A DNA stretch of 64,000 bases, from positions 119,790 through 183,789 of the forward strand of contig JASFQK010000006.1 of assembly GCA_050115495.1 (NCBI GenBank), written 5' to 3'. The notes beneath the pieces were generated by a model. That model was not told the origin of the DNA. It saw only the letters and a list, made by a program, of their open reading frames with translations, and did not search any database. A program made the translations under genes and the position numbers. This stretch comes from Phycisphaerae bacterium (GTDB taxonomy: Bacteria; Planctomycetota; Phycisphaerae; UBA1845; Fen-1342). Within the stretch, counting starts at the first letter, position 1; the number at the start of each line of letters is the position of its first letter. Shown here in pieces: positions 60,291 through 64,000 of this stretch.

Positions 60291-61163
60291 ATGGCCAAGG
60301 CGCGGGCCATCACCAAACGCCGGCGGGCTGTGCGGAACATCCGCAAGATCACGCAGACGATGCAGCTCATCGCCACGGCCCGCTTTCAGAAGTGCATGCA
60401 GCGGGCCCTCTCGTCGCAGCCCTACACCGCCCGCATCCGCGAGATGATTCAGACGCTGGCGGCGGCCGGGGCAGCCGAGCACCGGCTGCTGCGCCCGCAG
60501 GAGGGCGTGGCGCCAAGCATCCTGCTGACCATCACCTCGAGTCGCGGGCTGTGCGGGGCGTACAACATGTCCGTGCTGCGGACGGCGCTCGAGCACCGCC
60601 AGAAGCTCATCGACCAGGGCCTGGCGCCCGAACTGGAGATGGTCGGCAAGAAGGGCGTGAACTACTTCCGCTTCCTGGATTACGACCTGGCTGCCACGAT
60701 CACCGACGTCGAGGACCGCATCGCCTTCAGCCGCGTGGCCGAGATGGCCGAGCGTTACATCCGGCTGTACGAGCAGGGCGCCGTGGCCCGCGTCGACGTG
60801 GCCTACACCCGTTTTCACTCGGTCGGCCTGCAACGGTCGACCATCATGCAGTTGCTGCCGATTGAGCCGCCGGCCCAGCCCGCGAGCGAGACGCCGACCG
60901 TGCCGGTGCAGTTCGAGTTCTCGCCAGCGCCGGCCGGGCTGCTGGCTCGCCTCATTCCCGAGGCGGTCAAGGTGCAGCTTTTCCAGTGCTTCAACGACTC
61001 GATCGTCAGTGAGCAGGTCTCCCGCATGGTGGCCATGAAGGCCGCCACCGACGCGGCGGGCGACATGATCAAGTACCTCACCCGCCAGTACAACCGCGCC
61101 CGCCAGACGCAGATCACGCTCGAACTGGCGGATATCGTCGGCGGCGCGAACGCGGTGGGTTAG
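60291..61163 (+). CDS. atpG: ATP synthase F1 subunit gamma
   Basis: KITQTMQLIA, RGLCGAYN, SRMVAMKAATD, YNRARQTQITLEL. Confidence 0.97.
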   Translation: MAKARAITKRRRAVRNIRKITQTMQLIATARFQKCMQRALSSQPYTARIREMIQTLAAAGAAEHRLLRPQEGVAPSILLTITSSRGLCGAYNMSVLRTALEHRQKLIDQGLAPELEMVGKKGVNYFRFLDYDLAATITDVEDRIAFSRVAEMAERYIRLYEQGAVARVDVAYTRFHSVGLQRSTIMQLLPIEPPAQPASETPTVPVQFEFSPAPAGLLARLIPEAVKVQLFQCFNDSIVSEQVSRMVAMKAATDAAGDMIKYLTRQYNRARQTQITLELADIVGGANAVG

Positions 61164-62654
<1,491 letters not shown>

Positions 62655-62790
62655 TCTTAACAAACGCCCGGTTCGGTCTTAACAAATGGGGGGAAGCGCT
62701 AACAAGCGCAGATCCACTATTGAGTTGTGGTTTCGGCGCGTTCTCGACGCGCCGGAGCCGTGTTAGCGATTGTTGAGAGTTTGTGGATGT
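62655..62790 (+). ncRNA. Candidate structured RNA / regulatory element
   Basis: Three nested stems with G-U pairs on the + strand; repeated TAACAA boxes. Confidence 0.3.
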
Positions 62791-62871
62791 TCTGTTCAGA
62801 ACGCGCCTTGAACGAACATCTTCAGGAAGTACTCTGGATGCAACTTCTCAACGCGGCACGGGAACGGATGT

Positions 62872-63198
62872 ATGTCGCCCACGGCGCGATTAACCGCTTC
62901 AACGCTGATTCCCGAACGGGACAAATGGACTGCATGTGACGGCGCCGAAGTTGTCCTGCGCGACGGCCGCGACGACCTGGTGTTGCTGTCCTACTCCTCC
63001 GGCGCCTGGCACGTGACCCGCCATGCGAGTCGCACGCCCGGCAACGGCCTGGCGGCGATGCACGAGAGCATCGCTTGGCGCGGCGCCGTGTACGACGGCA
63101 ACGGTCAGCCGCTGCTAACGCTGACCGAGTCGGATCCGGCGGGCCGGTGGAGTGCGCTGTACCGGGAGATCGTCGCGGTCTGGACGCCGGACGTGTAG
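62872..63198 (+). CDS. Hypothetical protein (108 aa)
   Basis: ORF with GC3-rich, genome-like codon usage in its 3' part; no motif recognised. Confidence 0.55.
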   Translation: MSPTARLTASTLIPERDKWTACDGAEVVLRDGRDDLVLLSYSSGAWHVTRHASRTPGNGLAAMHESIAWRGAVYDGNGQPLLTLTESDPAGRWSALYREIVAVWTPDV

Positions 63199-63249
63199 GC
63201 GTTTCGCTCACGCCGACGGCGAAGGCCGGCGGGCGGCGCTTATCGGAGC

Positions 63250-63576
63250 CTAACCAACGTCCGGACGTCTCGGCGGGGGTAATTCAATGGGGCCGAAGCG
63301 GTCTTCGTGCGCCTTCATTGTCTGTTGCAGTGCGATCATCAGCCGCTTGGCGTTCGCCGGCAGCAGGGCCACGCGGTGTGTGATCTTGACCACGGGCTGC
63401 TTCAGGCCGGGCATGGGCAGGTTGGTACCCAGGTGCAGCACGATTTCCTCCGCGGAGCCGGCGACGGCGAACGAATTGGCGTAGACCGTCTCCATCTGCC
63501 CCACGTCGAGGCGCACCTGCTGCGGCTGCCCCTGCGGCTGTCCTGGCTGCTGGCTGTCTTCTTCGCCGAAGATCAT
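63250..63576 (-). CDS. DUF3467-family protein
   Basis: GGAGG then ATG 63576; YAN......EEIVL..., P.NAKRL..AL......HEDRFGPI. Confidence 0.85.
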   Translation of the reverse strand: MIFGEEDSQQPGQPQGQPQQVRLDVGQMETVYANSFAVAGSAEEIVLHLGTNLPMPGLKQPVVKITHRVALLPANAKRLMIALQQTMKAHEDRFGPIELPPPRRPDVG

Positions 63577-63841
63577 CCTGTTTCCTCCGCGGGAGCGTTT
63601 CTCCCGGGCGCCGCCCCCGTCGGAGGTCAGTCTACGAAACCTGCCCCCCCGCCACAACCGGCAAACAAGCGAATCGCCGCCGGCGGGGTTCAAGAGTCTC
63701 AAGGATCTAATGTTTGCGCGCGACGTAAATGAGACTCTTGGCGGCAGACGGGCGGGCGCGGTGGCGCGTTGCGGGCGGTGCTGTGTTGAATGTGCGCGTG
63801 TTGGGCACTTTGGGGGAGCCTTCAGCAACAAGCCGTGAGCC

Positions 63842-63900
63842 GTAGCGGCCGGTCTCCGTGCCGGCCGTTTGTAGCGTCCGGGCTCCGTACCGGACGTCTT
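63842..63900 (+). repeat. Two tandem GTAG-type REP-like palindromes
   Basis: GTAG CGGCCGG-N8-CCGGCCG and GTAG CGTCCGG-N8-CCGGACG TCTT (29/30 identical to 45666-45695 reverse complement). Confidence 0.8.
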
Positions 63901-63904
63901 GGGA

Positions 63905-63991
63905 GTGTGGCATGCTGAAGCCTCTGGCGCCGGCATGTCTTTGCCTGGCGTAGGGAAGAACATGCCGGCGCTGCGCTTCGGCATGCCACAC
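63905..63991. repeat. 87-bp imperfect palindrome (REPIN/MITE-like hairpin)
   Basis: GTGTGGCATGCTGAAGC...GCGCCGGCATGT pairs with ACATGCCGGCGC...GCTTCGGCATGCCACAC. Confidence 0.75.
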
Positions 63992-64000
63992 AGGCGGGAG

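Noticed and set aside
62697..62768. Integron attC site (TAAC...GTTA)
   Set aside because: Ends do not fit RYYYAAC/GTTRRRY, no complementary L boxes, and no integrase or cassette array
62710..62790. oriC / DnaA-box cluster
   Set aside because: Only boxes with two or more mismatches, no DUE and no dnaA/gidA context
62727..62939. 70-aa ORF as atpC or a selenoprotein
   Set aside because: No epsilon similarity, atypical codon usage, and it overlaps the better 62872 ORF

Overview
High-GC bacterial chromosomal window. It is most likely from a Planctomycetota/Phycisphaerae organism, an inference from the DCNxNG Cys-repeat proteins, GDxNCD...NNFDI dockerin-like C-termini, TTQP/SQPA linkers and the inserted AtpA. 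The left part holds the rarA 3' end, 5-formyl-THF cyclo-ligase, nadB, a beta-propeller/Cys-repeat surface protein, an ABC exporter trio, a cohesin-like/dockerin protein and a dockerin-bearing S8 protease. The standout feature follows: a 12.4-kb, largely translationally coupled operon of EIGHT secreted amidohydrolase-fold paralogues (nine barrel domains). Only one domain keeps a complete metal-binding site, which suggests an undescribed hetero-oligomeric enzyme/pseudoenzyme complex. The middle holds hisN, a PadR plus membrane-sensor pair, metK, prfB (+1 programmed frameshift), dtd, selA, an NCS2 permease with adenine deaminase, a GT-C glycosyltransferase, a divergent EF-P lacking the PGKG/GDT motifs, a TPR protein, a conserved unknown plus fahA, a POT/MFS transporter, an AcpH-like protein, a VKOR-DsbA-DsbA fusion, a thioesterase, a glycogen debranching enzyme and a GAF/REC protein. 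The right part is an F1Fo operon (atpZIBEFHAGD) with no atpC, followed by a putative structured RNA. GTAG-type REP elements occur at about 45.7 kb and 63.85 kb. No tRNA, rRNA, CRISPR array or transposase was seen. All calls come from motif reading only; no searches were run.
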